The notes: generated by a model not told the origin, from the letters alone. A DNA stretch of 64,000 nucleotides from an uncultured Methanosarcinales archaeon (GCA_964647565.1 CAZYIM010000001.1:1-64000), one strand, 5' to 3'. Counted from the first letter of the stretch, positions 49,104 to 59,009 are shown. Program-made: numbers and translations.

Positions 49104-49970
49104 ATGAACGCAATGGATATAGTTCAATCTTTAGAAGGTGAAAAGCGCACCAAAAGAAGAGAGATAATAGTTGGCCAATTGGAAACAATGGATGTCACAT
49201 ATAAAGCCAATAATTTCGGCTTTGGACAAAATATTATTGTATCTTCAGGAAAAGAATATAAAATCGGTATCGGATGCCACTATGATGCTGTGCCAGGAAG
49301 TCCAGGTGCTAATGACAATGCATCTTCTGTTGCAGCCACACTTTCACTTATTGAACGGTTTGAAAAAGAGCCGACCAAGAACATCGGAATAAGGTACTTC
49401 TTCTTTGATATGGAAGAATCCGGATTAATTGGTTCTCATACATATCTTCTCACCCATAAGATCAATAAACTCATCGGATTATATAACATGGAGATGGTAG
49501 GCGACGGCAATAGACTGGCACTCTGGCAATTGAAGGATCAGACTACCAGTTATCTGGCTTCATCCCTGGAGTCTGTGGCCCAAGAGATGGGAATTGGCAT
49601 AGGGCGTTTTGATAATATTGCTAATATAGCTGACTCCGAGCCTTTTGTCATGGCAGGAGGAATGAAGGAAGCATTCACCATCACAGCCATCAATGATGAA
49701 GACCTGCCCTATGTTGACGAATACTACCAAGCTTATGAAAAGGGCGCATCATTTTTAGAACTTTCAGAGTTACTGCTTAAGGTACCAATGATGAGACACT
49801 ATCACAAATCTTCTGATAAGTCAGAGTATCTTAGGGAAGAATCATTACAGATGACAACAGACGCAGTATTCAATGCTGTCAAAAGGCTTGATGATCAGTG
49901 GAAAATACCAGGTTTTCAAGAGAAAGTCATGGCCAACAGACGCCGTACTCTTTCTAAGCAAAAAACATAA
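49104..49970 (+). CDS. M28 family peptidase
   Basis: HYD, GANDNASS, EESG, NMEMVG and YHKSSD. Confidence 0.9.
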   Translation: MNAMDIVQSLEGEKRTKRREIIVGQLETMDVTYKANNFGFGQNIIVSSGKEYKIGIGCHYDAVPGSPGANDNASSVAATLSLIERFEKEPTKNIGIRYFFFDMEESGLIGSHTYLLTHKINKLIGLYNMEMVGDGNRLALWQLKDQTTSYLASSLESVAQEMGIGIGRFDNIANIADSEPFVMAGGMKEAFTITAINDEDLPYVDEYYQAYEKGASFLELSELLLKVPMMRHYHKSSDKSEYLREESLQMTTDAVFNAVKRLDDQWKIPGFQEKVMANRRRTLSKQKT

Positions 49971-49995
49971 AAACACTTGAAACAAGAAATTTCGC

Positions 49996-50709
49996 ATGGA
50001 CATAAAAAAGAGTTATCTCATCAACATACTGGTAATCTTCCTTGTTTTTGCGTCAGGCCTTATAAGATTCTGGTTTAAGGCGAGAGATGTAGAATTGAGC
50101 ATTGGTTCTAACATCGCACCCTTATTTGGCGGAGGTATTTTTGTAATCATTTTGGTTACTGCGTTCGGATTCTCATATTACAGGAGTAAGAAGGGAAACA
50201 AGATCTTTTCTGATTTTGCAATGAGATATGGTCTTAAGCACATTCCGCATTCCACCTTTGGCACAAGAGGTTCGATCTCCGGAAGATACAGGGGATTTTC
50301 AGTGGTCATGAGCAATATCACCAAAGGGTATGGAAAAAGCCGAAAGCAACTATTCTGTATTTCCTTTGGTAATCTCGGATTGCCTACCTATAAGGAGTTT
50401 TTAGCGGTTCCAAAATGGCTGAAGAGCTATTTCACTACATCATCCGCATCTAAGGAGGTCACTAGGGATAATCAGCAAATTGATAAGAAATACAGTCTTA
50501 CTGCTGATGACCCATCATTATTGAAGAAGATTCTTGATGACGTCACCATGATAAGACTCATTGAAAACAAATGGCTGTTGGAACTTAAGACCTGCAGCAT
50601 CAATGTGGTAAAAGAGGGTTATATCAAGAATGTCTCAGAGATGGAAGAGATCTTCAGGTTTGGCTTGAAGCTGGCTGAAAGATTGAGGGATAGTGTGAAT
50701 TATAGGTGA
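49996..50709 (+). CDS. Hypothetical membrane protein (2 TM helices plus a soluble domain)
   Basis: Two N-terminal hydrophobic helices. Confidence 0.65.
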   Translation: MDIKKSYLINILVIFLVFASGLIRFWFKARDVELSIGSNIAPLFGGGIFVIILVTAFGFSYYRSKKGNKIFSDFAMRYGLKHIPHSTFGTRGSISGRYRGFSVVMSNITKGYGKSRKQLFCISFGNLGLPTYKEFLAVPKWLKSYFTTSSASKEVTRDNQQIDKKYSLTADDPSLLKKILDDVTMIRLIENKWLLELKTCSINVVKEGYIKNVSEMEEIFRFGLKLAERLRDSVNYR

Positions 50710-50712
50710 AAA

Positions 50713-50922
50713 ATGAGAACTTTTGTGAAAGTGTGCCCAAAATGTGGAAGTGTTAATATAGCCAATCAAGGCATCAGGATTCTTTTAGAATATTGTAAGG
50801 ACTGCGGATATGGAATCAAAGATGGCCAATGCAATCAAGTAATTTTTCCTGAGATAGATTTCAATAAACTGGACAGATTTAGGGAAGAACTAAAAAAGCA
50901 AAAAGAAAAAAAGCCGGGCTAA
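50713..50922 (+). CDS. Small zinc-ribbon protein
   Basis: CPKCGS...CKDCGY with an AGGTGA RBS. Confidence 0.7.
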   Translation: MRTFVKVCPKCGSVNIANQGIRILLEYCKDCGYGIKDGQCNQVIFPEIDFNKLDRFREELKKQKEKKPG

Positions 50923-50923
50923 T

Positions 50924-51505
50924 ATGAAACCAAAAGATAGAAAGACCAAGAAGATAGTCCTTTTTTCATTGCTAGTCCTGTTTTTAGTTGCGTTGATGAG
51001 CCTTCTCCTGTTTATCAGCCCGACAGAGTTGGTTGATAAGCTCGGTGTTCGAAATGGTTATCTGCTTGCATTCCTTGTTTCCTTCTTCGGCGGTTTTTCT
51101 GCTGCAGGCTCTGTCTCATTCATCAGTTTATTGATCACATTGGTTGCAGGCGGAATGAATCCTGTCATTCTTGGTCTGATCTCAGGTATCAGCCTGGCGA
51201 TTGGCGACAGTATAATGTTTCTAGCGGGTTCTAAGGGTAGAGAGTTGGTAAGCGACAAATGGGATAAGAGAATTGAGAATGTCGCTAAATTTATTAAGAA
51301 GAGAAAATGGCTTGAGACTTTGGTTCCATTACTTGCTTATCTCTATATGGGTTTTGTGCCCCTTCCTAATGATGTGCTTTTGCTATTCCTTGCAGCAATA
51401 AAATATCCTAAGAAAAGGATGGCTGTGATTATCATCCTAGGTGATATCACCTTTGCCTTGATGATCACTCTTTTGGCTGCAAAAGGCATCACGATATTGC
51501 TTTAG
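50924..51505 (+). CDS. DedA/VTT-like membrane protein
   Basis: Multiple TM helices, AIGD...G and PLPND motifs. Confidence 0.65.
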   Translation: MKPKDRKTKKIVLFSLLVLFLVALMSLLLFISPTELVDKLGVRNGYLLAFLVSFFGGFSAAGSVSFISLLITLVAGGMNPVILGLISGISLAIGDSIMFLAGSKGRELVSDKWDKRIENVAKFIKKRKWLETLVPLLAYLYMGFVPLPNDVLLLFLAAIKYPKKRMAVIIILGDITFALMITLLAAKGITILL

Positions 51506-51540
51506 AAAGGTATTTATATTCTTGTTTATTCCATTGCTGC

Positions 51541-51807
51541 ATGAGCATCGATGGAATTATATACAGGTTGAAAACAGCTCACGAGACTGGTAAAACTTAT
51601 GTTCGAAAAGAGATGAGATCAGTAGATGCAGAATGGGGATATATCCCTCCTGAACGCCAATACACAGGAAAACCTTTTTGGGATGGATTCATTGACGGCT
51701 TCTATATCCTGTTCATTGTCCCTAACTTAGGATTTGAATACTGTAAAGGCGCTGCTAAAGAGATGTTTAGAAAAGATAATAATATACCACCTCCCAAGAA
51801 CCAATAA
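51541..51807 (+). CDS. Hypothetical protein
   Basis: 88-aa ORF with a TATA-like box about 25 bp upstream. Confidence 0.5.
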   Translation: MSIDGIIYRLKTAHETGKTYVRKEMRSVDAEWGYIPPERQYTGKPFWDGFIDGFYILFIVPNLGFEYCKGAAKEMFRKDNNIPPPKNQ

Positions 51808-51876
51808 TCGCAGTATTTCACTTCTATTCAGTAAATACTAGAAACATTTATATTCTATGCTTGATTACCTTTTTCT

Positions 51877-52857
51877 ATGGCAGAAGAAAAAGAACTAACT
51901 CCTGAACAACAGCAGGCCAGAGCTGATCTAAAGACAGGATTCAAGCTTTATTCTGATCGAATTTACCAGCATGCAATAGCCTATTTTGACAAGGCAATTG
52001 AGAATGATCCTAAGCTTGAAGAAGCATTAATCTGGATGGGCAGGAGTTTTTTGCATTTGGGCGCTCCTGAAGAATATATTGAGTGCTTCAATAAAGCAAT
52101 CGAGATCAATCCCAAGAACTACTGGACTCATTCTGGTCTTGGAACTGTCTATAATAGGATCGGTGAGCTTGAGAAGGCTCTTGAACAGTTTGAGATATCA
52201 AAAGAGCTTGCACCTAAAGGTCATGAAGGCGATCCATATCATGGAATAGGTAAAATACTTGCTCAGCAAGGCAAGACACAAGAAGCAGAGGAAAACCTGC
52301 TTAAGGCCAAGGAAATCCATCCTGAAAAAAAATCATTTCTTTTCACACTCGGCCAGTTTTATTTTGAAAATGAAGATATAGATAAGGCAGAAGAGTTCCT
52401 AGAACCTGTGGTCAAAGCTGTTGAATTAAGTGATGAACACCAAAATACAGGTAACATGATCCTGGCCAAGATCTATCTTGACAGGGAAGATTATAAAAAA
52501 GCTGAAAAGCATGTCAGGAATGTTCCTGAGATAGATCCCTGGATATATACAGTCAGGGCATTCAAGGCCAAGATTGGTTTTGTTGGAAAGAAAGGCGAAA
52601 TAGAAGAGAACATAGAAACATTGCTTGAACAAAATGAAAAAGAGCCTAGTGCAGAGAAGTTGAACAAGATTGGCATCATTTATGCTGCTGACGCTTTACC
52701 CGAGGCTATTGCCAACTATGAACAGAGCCTGGAATTCTTTGCGCAGGCGTATGAGATGGACAGGAATCTCAAGGATGCAAGAGAAAACATCTTGACCATA
52801 ATTAAGATGGACCCAACAAGCGATCTTAATAAGAACTATTCTCGTAGGCTTTACTAA
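51877..52857 (+). CDS. TPR-repeat protein
   Basis: Repeated A..F.KAIE.(D/N)P TPR signatures. Confidence 0.85.
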   Translation: MAEEKELTPEQQQARADLKTGFKLYSDRIYQHAIAYFDKAIENDPKLEEALIWMGRSFLHLGAPEEYIECFNKAIEINPKNYWTHSGLGTVYNRIGELEKALEQFEISKELAPKGHEGDPYHGIGKILAQQGKTQEAEENLLKAKEIHPEKKSFLFTLGQFYFENEDIDKAEEFLEPVVKAVELSDEHQNTGNMILAKIYLDREDYKKAEKHVRNVPEIDPWIYTVRAFKAKIGFVGKKGEIEENIETLLEQNEKEPSAEKLNKIGIIYAADALPEAIANYEQSLEFFAQAYEMDRNLKDARENILTIIKMDPTSDLNKNYSRRLY

Positions 52858-52902
52858 GCTAGTTCTAGAAAAATATAAAAGCACACTCCTTTTCATGCTA
52901 TT

Positions 52903-53484
52903 ATGAAAGATGCTCTTCTTGATAAGATTAAGATAAAGAATCCTGAAGCAGACATCGATCTGATTGACAAGGCTTATGAATATTCCAAGGAAGCGCACAA
53001 GCACCAGTTGCGCAAGTGCGGCACCAAGCCCTACTTTGTGCATCTCTATGCTGTTGTTGAACTGCTGATTGAATATGATGCCAGTACTGAAGCTATCTGC
53101 GCTGCCTTTCTGCATGACACTGTTGAGGACACAGAGGTTTCTATCGAAGATGTGAAAAAAGAGTTTGGTGAAACGATTGCATTTATTGTCGAAGGCTGCA
53201 CCAAGATCGAGATCAAGGGTAATAGGAAGTTAGCTAAGAAAAAGAGCCAGCAGAAGATCATGGAACACGGTGTCAAGGACAAGAAGGTTCTTATAATCAA
53301 GGTATGCGACAGATTGCATAACTCACATTCTATTCACAATATCGAGGCAGAGTACCAGGAATTGTTTGCCAGAGAGGCGCTTGACTTCTATGTTCCGCTG
53401 GCAGAAAGCCTGGGCATGAAAAAAGCAGCAGAGAAAATAAGAGAAAATGCAGAGAAGCATCTGAAAAAATTGGACAAACTTTAA
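52903..53484 (+). CDS. Stand-alone RelA/SpoT-type HD hydrolase (small alarmone hydrolase / Mesh1-like)
   Basis: HKHQLRK..PYFVH, LHDTVEDT and KVCDRLHN; no synthetase domain. Confidence 0.85.
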   Translation: MKDALLDKIKIKNPEADIDLIDKAYEYSKEAHKHQLRKCGTKPYFVHLYAVVELLIEYDASTEAICAAFLHDTVEDTEVSIEDVKKEFGETIAFIVEGCTKIEIKGNRKLAKKKSQQKIMEHGVKDKKVLIIKVCDRLHNSHSIHNIEAEYQELFAREALDFYVPLAESLGMKKAAEKIRENAEKHLKKLDKL

Positions 53485-53509
53485 AAAGAGTCCTTCCAAC
53501 TTCTAATCT

Positions 53510-54676
53510 ATGCCGGTTCACAGAATACATTTCATGCATGATTTCTTTGTAAAGAAGGAGATGAACCTGATCTATCTGTCTTTTTTTATCATAACATTTG
53601 CAGAGAGCATGATCGGCATATTCATACCAGTCTATCTCTACAAGCTCAACTACCCAATTACAGAGATCATCCTGTTCTACCTGTTGATCAGCCTGTTTTT
53701 TGTGGCATTCTCAATATTGGGAGCAAAGACAGTCTCAAAGGTCGGGGTTAAGCATGCTATCCTGTTTTCAACGCCATTCCTGATTTTATTCTATGTATTG
53801 ATGAACTATATCCAATATTCAAGATTGCTTTTTTTTCTATTGCCCTTATTGATATCATTGAACATGATTTGCTTTAACTACGGATTCCACCTCAACTTCA
53901 TCCTGCATTCAAACCAGAAGAAAAGAGGCAAGGAGCTCTCTACTCTGGGCATACTATCCATATTTTCTACGGCTCTTGGCCCTCTGTTTGCAGGACTGAT
54001 AATTGCGTTCTTCGGCTTCACAGCGCTTTTTGTGGCAGGCGCAATCATATTAGTGGCGGGAGTATTGCCACTCTTCCTGACAGATGAACACTATGAGAAG
54101 ACAGGAATAGATCCTAAAAAGACCATCAATTATATTACAGACAGGCGAAACTGGCACAAGTTCTTTAGCTTCACTGGCTATGCCATTGAGGAGATCATCA
54201 GCAGGATTCTATGGCCCATCTTCTTAATCATCCTTCTTTTGACAACAGAGAAGGTTGGCTTTATCGTGACGCTTACCTTCATCATATCAATCTTTGTCTA
54301 TTATATAATAGGCAAGTTTACAGACAAGTACGACAGGGGTAACCTGTTGAAGATCGGATCAATCTTGTATTTCTTTGGCTGGCTGGGCAGGATATTTGCC
54401 ACCTCAGCTCTAAAGGTGGTGATTGTAGACTCCTACAAGAACCTCTCCCAAAAAGTGCTTCATGTCCCATGGTCCGCCAAGTCATATGACATAGCAGCCA
54501 GGGAGAACTATTACATGTTCATTGTTGCCAGGGAGATCATATTCAACCTAGCAAGAGTGATTGTATTGCCATTCATAATCATGATTTTCTATATTGGCTT
54601 CTATCCATTCATAACATCCTTTTTAGTCGCAGCATTGTTCACTTTGCTTTATCCGATGTTGAATAAAACAAAATGA
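53510..54676 (+). CDS. MFS transporter
   Basis: About 12 TM helices with GKFTDKYDR motif A. Confidence 0.8.
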   Translation: MPVHRIHFMHDFFVKKEMNLIYLSFFIITFAESMIGIFIPVYLYKLNYPITEIILFYLLISLFFVAFSILGAKTVSKVGVKHAILFSTPFLILFYVLMNYIQYSRLLFFLLPLLISLNMICFNYGFHLNFILHSNQKKRGKELSTLGILSIFSTALGPLFAGLIIAFFGFTALFVAGAIILVAGVLPLFLTDEHYEKTGIDPKKTINYITDRRNWHKFFSFTGYAIEEIISRILWPIFLIILLLTTEKVGFIVTLTFIISIFVYYIIGKFTDKYDRGNLLKIGSILYFFGWLGRIFATSALKVVIVDSYKNLSQKVLHVPWSAKSYDIAARENYYMFIVAREIIFNLARVIVLPFIIMIFYIGFYPFITSFLVAALFTLLYPMLNKTK

Positions 54677-55305
54677 AATATAAACTGATAAGTTTGGACA
54701 TGGATGGAGTCATCTTTAAGAAAGACAACTTCTGGATGAATCTGCATAAAGCCTTGGGCACCTATGAACAGGGCAAGGAGCTGACCAGGAAATACCTAAG
54801 AGAAGACTATGCTAAACTAGTTGAAGAGGTTGTCAATAAGCTTTGGAAGGGAAAAAGTGCTGATGCATATTTTGAGCTTGTGAAGACAAGTAAATATAAT
54901 CCAGGTGTCAAAGAAGCTGTAGCAAGTATGAAAAAAATGGGTTTTGAGCTCTGCATCATAACCTCAGGTCCCAGAGGATTGCTGGATAGGGCTAAAATAG
55001 AACTGGGTATTGAAGATGGGGTTTCAAATGATCTGGTCATCAAGGATAATTTAATCACAGGAGAATTCATATGCCCGATTGCTGCAGACAACAAGCGTCC
55101 GATCCTGGCAGAGATCTGCCTGAAACATGGAATCAGTGAAAAAGAGGTCATTGCCATCGGCAATGGATACAATGATGTCCCAAAGTTTGAGATGGCCGGC
55201 TTTTCCATTGCTTTTAATTCTCATTGCAAGGAGCTTAACAAGATAGCAGATGTTGTTGTAGAAGGCAATGATATGAGAGATGTTCTGGAAGTACTACCGA
55301 AATGA
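54673..55305 (+). CDS. HAD hydrolase, SerB/phosphoserine-phosphatase-like
   Basis: DMDGV, ITSG, conserved K and IGNGYND. Confidence 0.8.
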   Translation: MKYKLISLDMDGVIFKKDNFWMNLHKALGTYEQGKELTRKYLREDYAKLVEEVVNKLWKGKSADAYFELVKTSKYNPGVKEAVASMKKMGFELCIITSGPRGLLDRAKIELGIEDGVSNDLVIKDNLITGEFICPIAADNKRPILAEICLKHGISEKEVIAIGNGYNDVPKFEMAGFSIAFNSHCKELNKIADVVVEGNDMRDVLEVLPK

Positions 55306-55425
55306 TAATTAAGTTACGTTCTACTTCGCTTTCTTCGGAAAAAAACTCAGAAAACTACGTCGCGCCATGCCACGAATGCCTCGCATTCAGTGGCTATCAC
55401 GGCAGCGACGGCCGTAATTTAATTA
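55306..55425. repeat. GC-rich structured intergenic element with 13-bp terminal inverted repeats (MITE/REP/attC-like or ncRNA)
   Basis: TAATTAAGTTACG...CGTAATTTAATTA (12/13 match), a long bulged hairpin at 55358-55410 and a TTTC-TTCG-GAAA tetraloop hairpin. Confidence 0.65.
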
Positions 55426-55442
55426 ATGCAATCTAAGAAATC

Positions 55443-55985
55443 TTACTCTTCATCCTTGACATAGTGATGGTCAAAGTTCTCGTCAGCAATAGGTGCAAAA
55501 GGATCCATATGCAACAAGTTTAGGGCTGCCTTGGCGCCTGTTTTCAATTGGTGTGCATGACCCGATGCAACCTGCTTTACGCCTTGTTTAAGTTTGTTGG
55601 CGACCTTGTCCAGAACAAGAGTGCATTCTCCTTCAAGATTGATAAAGGTCTCGACCACATTGTTATGGAAATGATGGGAAGTTACACAATTGGGCGGGAT
55701 TACCTGCACCAAAATCCCCTTCTTCACATGCATGCCAGGATATCTTGCTTGTGATCCTGCAGAGCACTGGAATTTCTCCTCAGAGAGTTCCCTATAATAT
55801 AACCTATGGTCATGTCCATTGAATTTAGGAAGAAGGATGGATTTCATGTGCTTGTCAAGAAAGGTCTTTTCCTTGGTCCGAACAGAAATAAAGTCTACGT
55901 TATGCTGCATATCAAGAAATTCATCCTCTGTCAAGTCCCTAGTTATAAGTGTGAACCTGTCCTTGGGAACCAATCTGACCCTCAT
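55443..55985 (-). CDS. Cupin-domain protein
   Basis: SHHFH...ETF...G...HAHQL. Confidence 0.7.
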   Translation of the reverse strand: MRVRLVPKDRFTLITRDLTEDEFLDMQHNVDFISVRTKEKTFLDKHMKSILLPKFNGHDHRLYYRELSEEKFQCSAGSQARYPGMHVKKGILVQVIPPNCVTSHHFHNNVVETFINLEGECTLVLDKVANKLKQGVKQVASGHAHQLKTGAKAALNLLHMDPFAPIADENFDHHYVKDEE

Positions 55986-56039
55986 GAAAGCTTGAAAAAA
56001 TCACAGTTTTTATAAATCTTTCCCATATCTCTTATATTC

Positions 56040-56798
56040 ATGGAAACCGACAAACTTGAATTTGACTTTGTAATTAACCTTCATGAACTGCTTGACAATA
56101 AGAATGGTGACGCTGTCAAGGAAGACATGCGAAGGGTTGTTGAGACAATACGAGAAAGGGAGCATGGAAACCACATAACCATCAAGTGTATTCTTGAAGT
56201 ATGTTACCTTACTGATGCTGAGATAGAGCTTCTATGCAAATGGTGCTTAGAATTGGGCATAGACTTTGTGAAGACATCAACTGGCTTTGGAACTGGAGAT
56301 ATAGATATGCACAAGATCCGCGTAATGAAAGAATCTGTTGGCGATGAAGCTGAGATCAAAGCTGCTGGCGGAATAGACACCTATGAAGAATTCATGGAAG
56401 CAATTGAACTCGGCGCACACAGGATCGGAGCCAGCAAAGGTGTGAAGCTGGTTGAGATGCATAAAGAACATAAGCACATGGACATGTCTGACAAGCAGTT
56501 TGCTTCATATATAGACCACACTTTCTTATATCCTGACGGTGAAGCAAATGATATCCAACAAATTGCAAAAGAAGTTGATGAATATGGATTTGCAGCATGC
56601 GTATGCAGACCAGAATTTGTAAAGGATGCGCTTGTTGTTCTTAAGGACTCAGATGCCAAGATCGGGTCATGCATCGGCTTTTCTGGACTTGTTGCCAAGG
56701 ACAAGGATGGCAAAACAGGCTTTATGCGATATAACATCCCAACAGAGCAGAAGATAGCAGAGATCGAGAAGAGCTTCGAGGCCTTGAAAGGATTTTAG
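56040..56798 (+). CDS. deoC: Deoxyribose-phosphate aldolase, circularly permuted
   Basis: EFDFVIN, KCILE, FVKTSTGF, KAAGGI and RIGAS all come before YIDHT and YGFAACVCRP. Confidence 0.9.
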   Translation: METDKLEFDFVINLHELLDNKNGDAVKEDMRRVVETIREREHGNHITIKCILEVCYLTDAEIELLCKWCLELGIDFVKTSTGFGTGDIDMHKIRVMKESVGDEAEIKAAGGIDTYEEFMEAIELGAHRIGASKGVKLVEMHKEHKHMDMSDKQFASYIDHTFLYPDGEANDIQQIAKEVDEYGFAACVCRPEFVKDALVVLKDSDAKIGSCIGFSGLVAKDKDGKTGFMRYNIPTEQKIAEIEKSFEALKGF

Positions 56799-57046
56799 AT
56801 TTATTTTTTCTTTAGTTCTTCAAAACCAATCGTATCATTGGGAAATAGGTGAAGAACATAGTTGCCCTCTGATAGTATCCCTTGCATTGTCCTGTATCTT
56901 GTTAAGGCTGCATTTTACGGAAAAGTTATGGCGACAAATAATTATTTATCATCTCCTAGTAGTAAATTTACGAAATATTTAAATACAAAAAGCTATTTCT
57001 TAGACGATATTTTAAAATAACTATAGATTCATTTCAGGCGAGTAAA

Positions 57047-58321
57047 TTGGAAAAGATCATAGATGACCCAAGAAGCGGTAAGATCAAAAAGAGAAAGAAG
57101 ACCCAGATCACAGATATAAACTCAGCACCTTCAGTTACGCGGTCAAAAAAAGGATTTTCAGAAGGAGGGCAACTTCTAAACTATATTGAACATATTGAAA
57201 AAAGCCTAGATAATCTGATATTTGAATATGGTTCGAATTCAATCCAGTTCCACATGCATGCCCAGATGTTGAATGTTTTCCAAGCCCAAAAAACCTTGTT
57301 CCAACAGTATGGAACCTCTAATTCCAAAGATTATATGCCAATTATGAGATCTGGTTTACCATCTGTAGACGCATTGAACTCAAATCTTGAAAAAATATGT
57401 CGGTTAACAAGAAAAAATCCGGATTTCAAGATCATTGCCGCCAGGATGAAAAAAGGCCTCACTGGAAAAAACAAAGGCAAGAGCAAGCACATCTACACTC
57501 TCGTATCAGAAAATGATTTTAATCTTGAATTTGAAAACTTCAAGGGTTTCGAACTGCTTTCTCAAAAAGGATTTCAACTAAGCCAGACAGAAAAAGGAGA
57601 ACTAGTTCTTGATTTCAAAGAAGATATCTTTGTAGATGCTCCTGATGAGATCTCGAAGAAATTCCCTGCATTGATACGTGAAGGAAAAGTAACATACAAG
57701 ATGGCATGGAAGAAACTAATCGATGAATTCGAAGTCTCTTATTTCTTGCCTAATACATCATTAGTGCTCCAGGAAAACACTATTGAATCTGAAGAGAAAA
57801 ATTTCGATGATATTTGCAGGACATACAAATTCAGGTCAAGTCATTATAATATGTATATACCTCCTTTCTCTTATTGGAGTCCAAAGATGATAAATTATGC
57901 TAAATTCTTGGCTTCTGGCCAAAGGGCAAGGATGGCAAGCACAACAGATATTCTCAATAAATTGTCAGAGACATATGAGCAAAAAGTGGTTTTAAAAGAT
58001 GTTAAAGAAGAAGCAATGAATGATATTCTTAAATTTTCTGACGTGCCCTTTGAAAATGCACCTGAGACCGCTCCGAGTGCCAAAGAACTAAAAGAACTGA
58101 ATATTTCCACTAAATTTGATTTAATGCTGGAATCTGGCAGTATAAACATCGGAACTCTGGATTTCACATTACCCGGAGTTTACCAAGTATCTGCTTATAT
58201 AGGAACTGTTAGTAGGTTTCTAAAAGGCCATATGAGTCTAAAAATCTTCGGCGGTAGTGTTGGAAATGAAACCCAATATAAAACTCTTCAAAAATCACTA
58301 AAAACAGTAAAAATGAGATGA
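57047..58321 (+). CDS. Hypothetical protein carrying the basic N-terminal motif (IIDDPRSGKIKKRKK)
   Basis: 424-aa ORF whose N-terminus matches the motif of the 1-4251 family. Confidence 0.65.
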   Translation: MEKIIDDPRSGKIKKRKKTQITDINSAPSVTRSKKGFSEGGQLLNYIEHIEKSLDNLIFEYGSNSIQFHMHAQMLNVFQAQKTLFQQYGTSNSKDYMPIMRSGLPSVDALNSNLEKICRLTRKNPDFKIIAARMKKGLTGKNKGKSKHIYTLVSENDFNLEFENFKGFELLSQKGFQLSQTEKGELVLDFKEDIFVDAPDEISKKFPALIREGKVTYKMAWKKLIDEFEVSYFLPNTSLVLQENTIESEEKNFDDICRTYKFRSSHYNMYIPPFSYWSPKMINYAKFLASGQRARMASTTDILNKLSETYEQKVVLKDVKEEAMNDILKFSDVPFENAPETAPSAKELKELNISTKFDLMLESGSINIGTLDFTLPGVYQVSAYIGTVSRFLKGHMSLKIFGGSVGNETQYKTLQKSLKTVKMR

Positions 58322-58325
58322 TCAT

Positions 58326-59009
58326 ATGGAAAAATTTCTTTCTAAAATAATCAACGATATCAATAAAAGATATACTATTGAAGCCCTTTACATATATGGA
58401 TCTTATGTAAATGGGTATTATAGGGCAGACTCTGATATTGACATTGTTAGTATTTCTTCTCAGGATGCTAAAAGAAAACCTGTAAATATCAAACCAAATA
58501 TAAGCCTGCATATTATACACCCAACATTAACAGACGATTATAATTATACAATCCCTTATTCGCATTTAAGGATGGTCCCGGTCATAAACAAGAAAAAATG
58601 TGAAGAGATTTCTGACAAGATGAAGTTGGAACTGGTCAGAAGGCAGCTTATCAGATTTAAGGATCGTGGGAAAACAGACTTTAATGTTCTGGATCCGATA
58701 ATCAACTACTTATATTCATACTCATCTTTAAGGCCCTGGCGTGTAAAACCCATTAAAAGGACATTGGCATCAAAAGACTCCCTGAATATCCTGATGAACG
58801 CATACAGGAAAGTATTTGACTTATTGGAAGAAAAGCGAGTGATAATGAGAAATGGGGGGAGATATAAAATCAATCCAGATCATGTCTTTGATAAAGGCTT
58901 TGATAAACAAAAAGACGGTTTTCTCTACAAGGTAAGAGAATCATATCTGGGTTATTATTATCTGCGCACATTTCCCGATATTATCAAATTCAACAAGATA
59001 AGAATTTAA
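58326..59009 (+). CDS. Pol-beta-superfamily nucleotidyltransferase domain protein
   Basis: YGSYVNG....DSDIDI. Confidence 0.8.
   Translation: MEKFLSKIINDINKRYTIEALYIYGSYVNGYYRADSDIDIVSISSQDAKRKPVNIKPNISLHIIHPTLTDDYNYTIPYSHLRMVPVINKKKCEEISDKMKLELVRRQLIRFKDRGKTDFNVLDPIINYLYSYSSLRPWRVKPIKRTLASKDSLNILMNAYRKVFDLLEEKRVIMRNGGRYKINPDHVFDKGFDKQKDGFLYKVRESYLGYYYLRTFPDIIKFNKIRI

Noticed and set aside
56800..56915. Roughly 37-codon minus-strand open stretch after deoC
   Set aside because: It has no convincing start or recognisable similarity, and it is not a deoC remnant.
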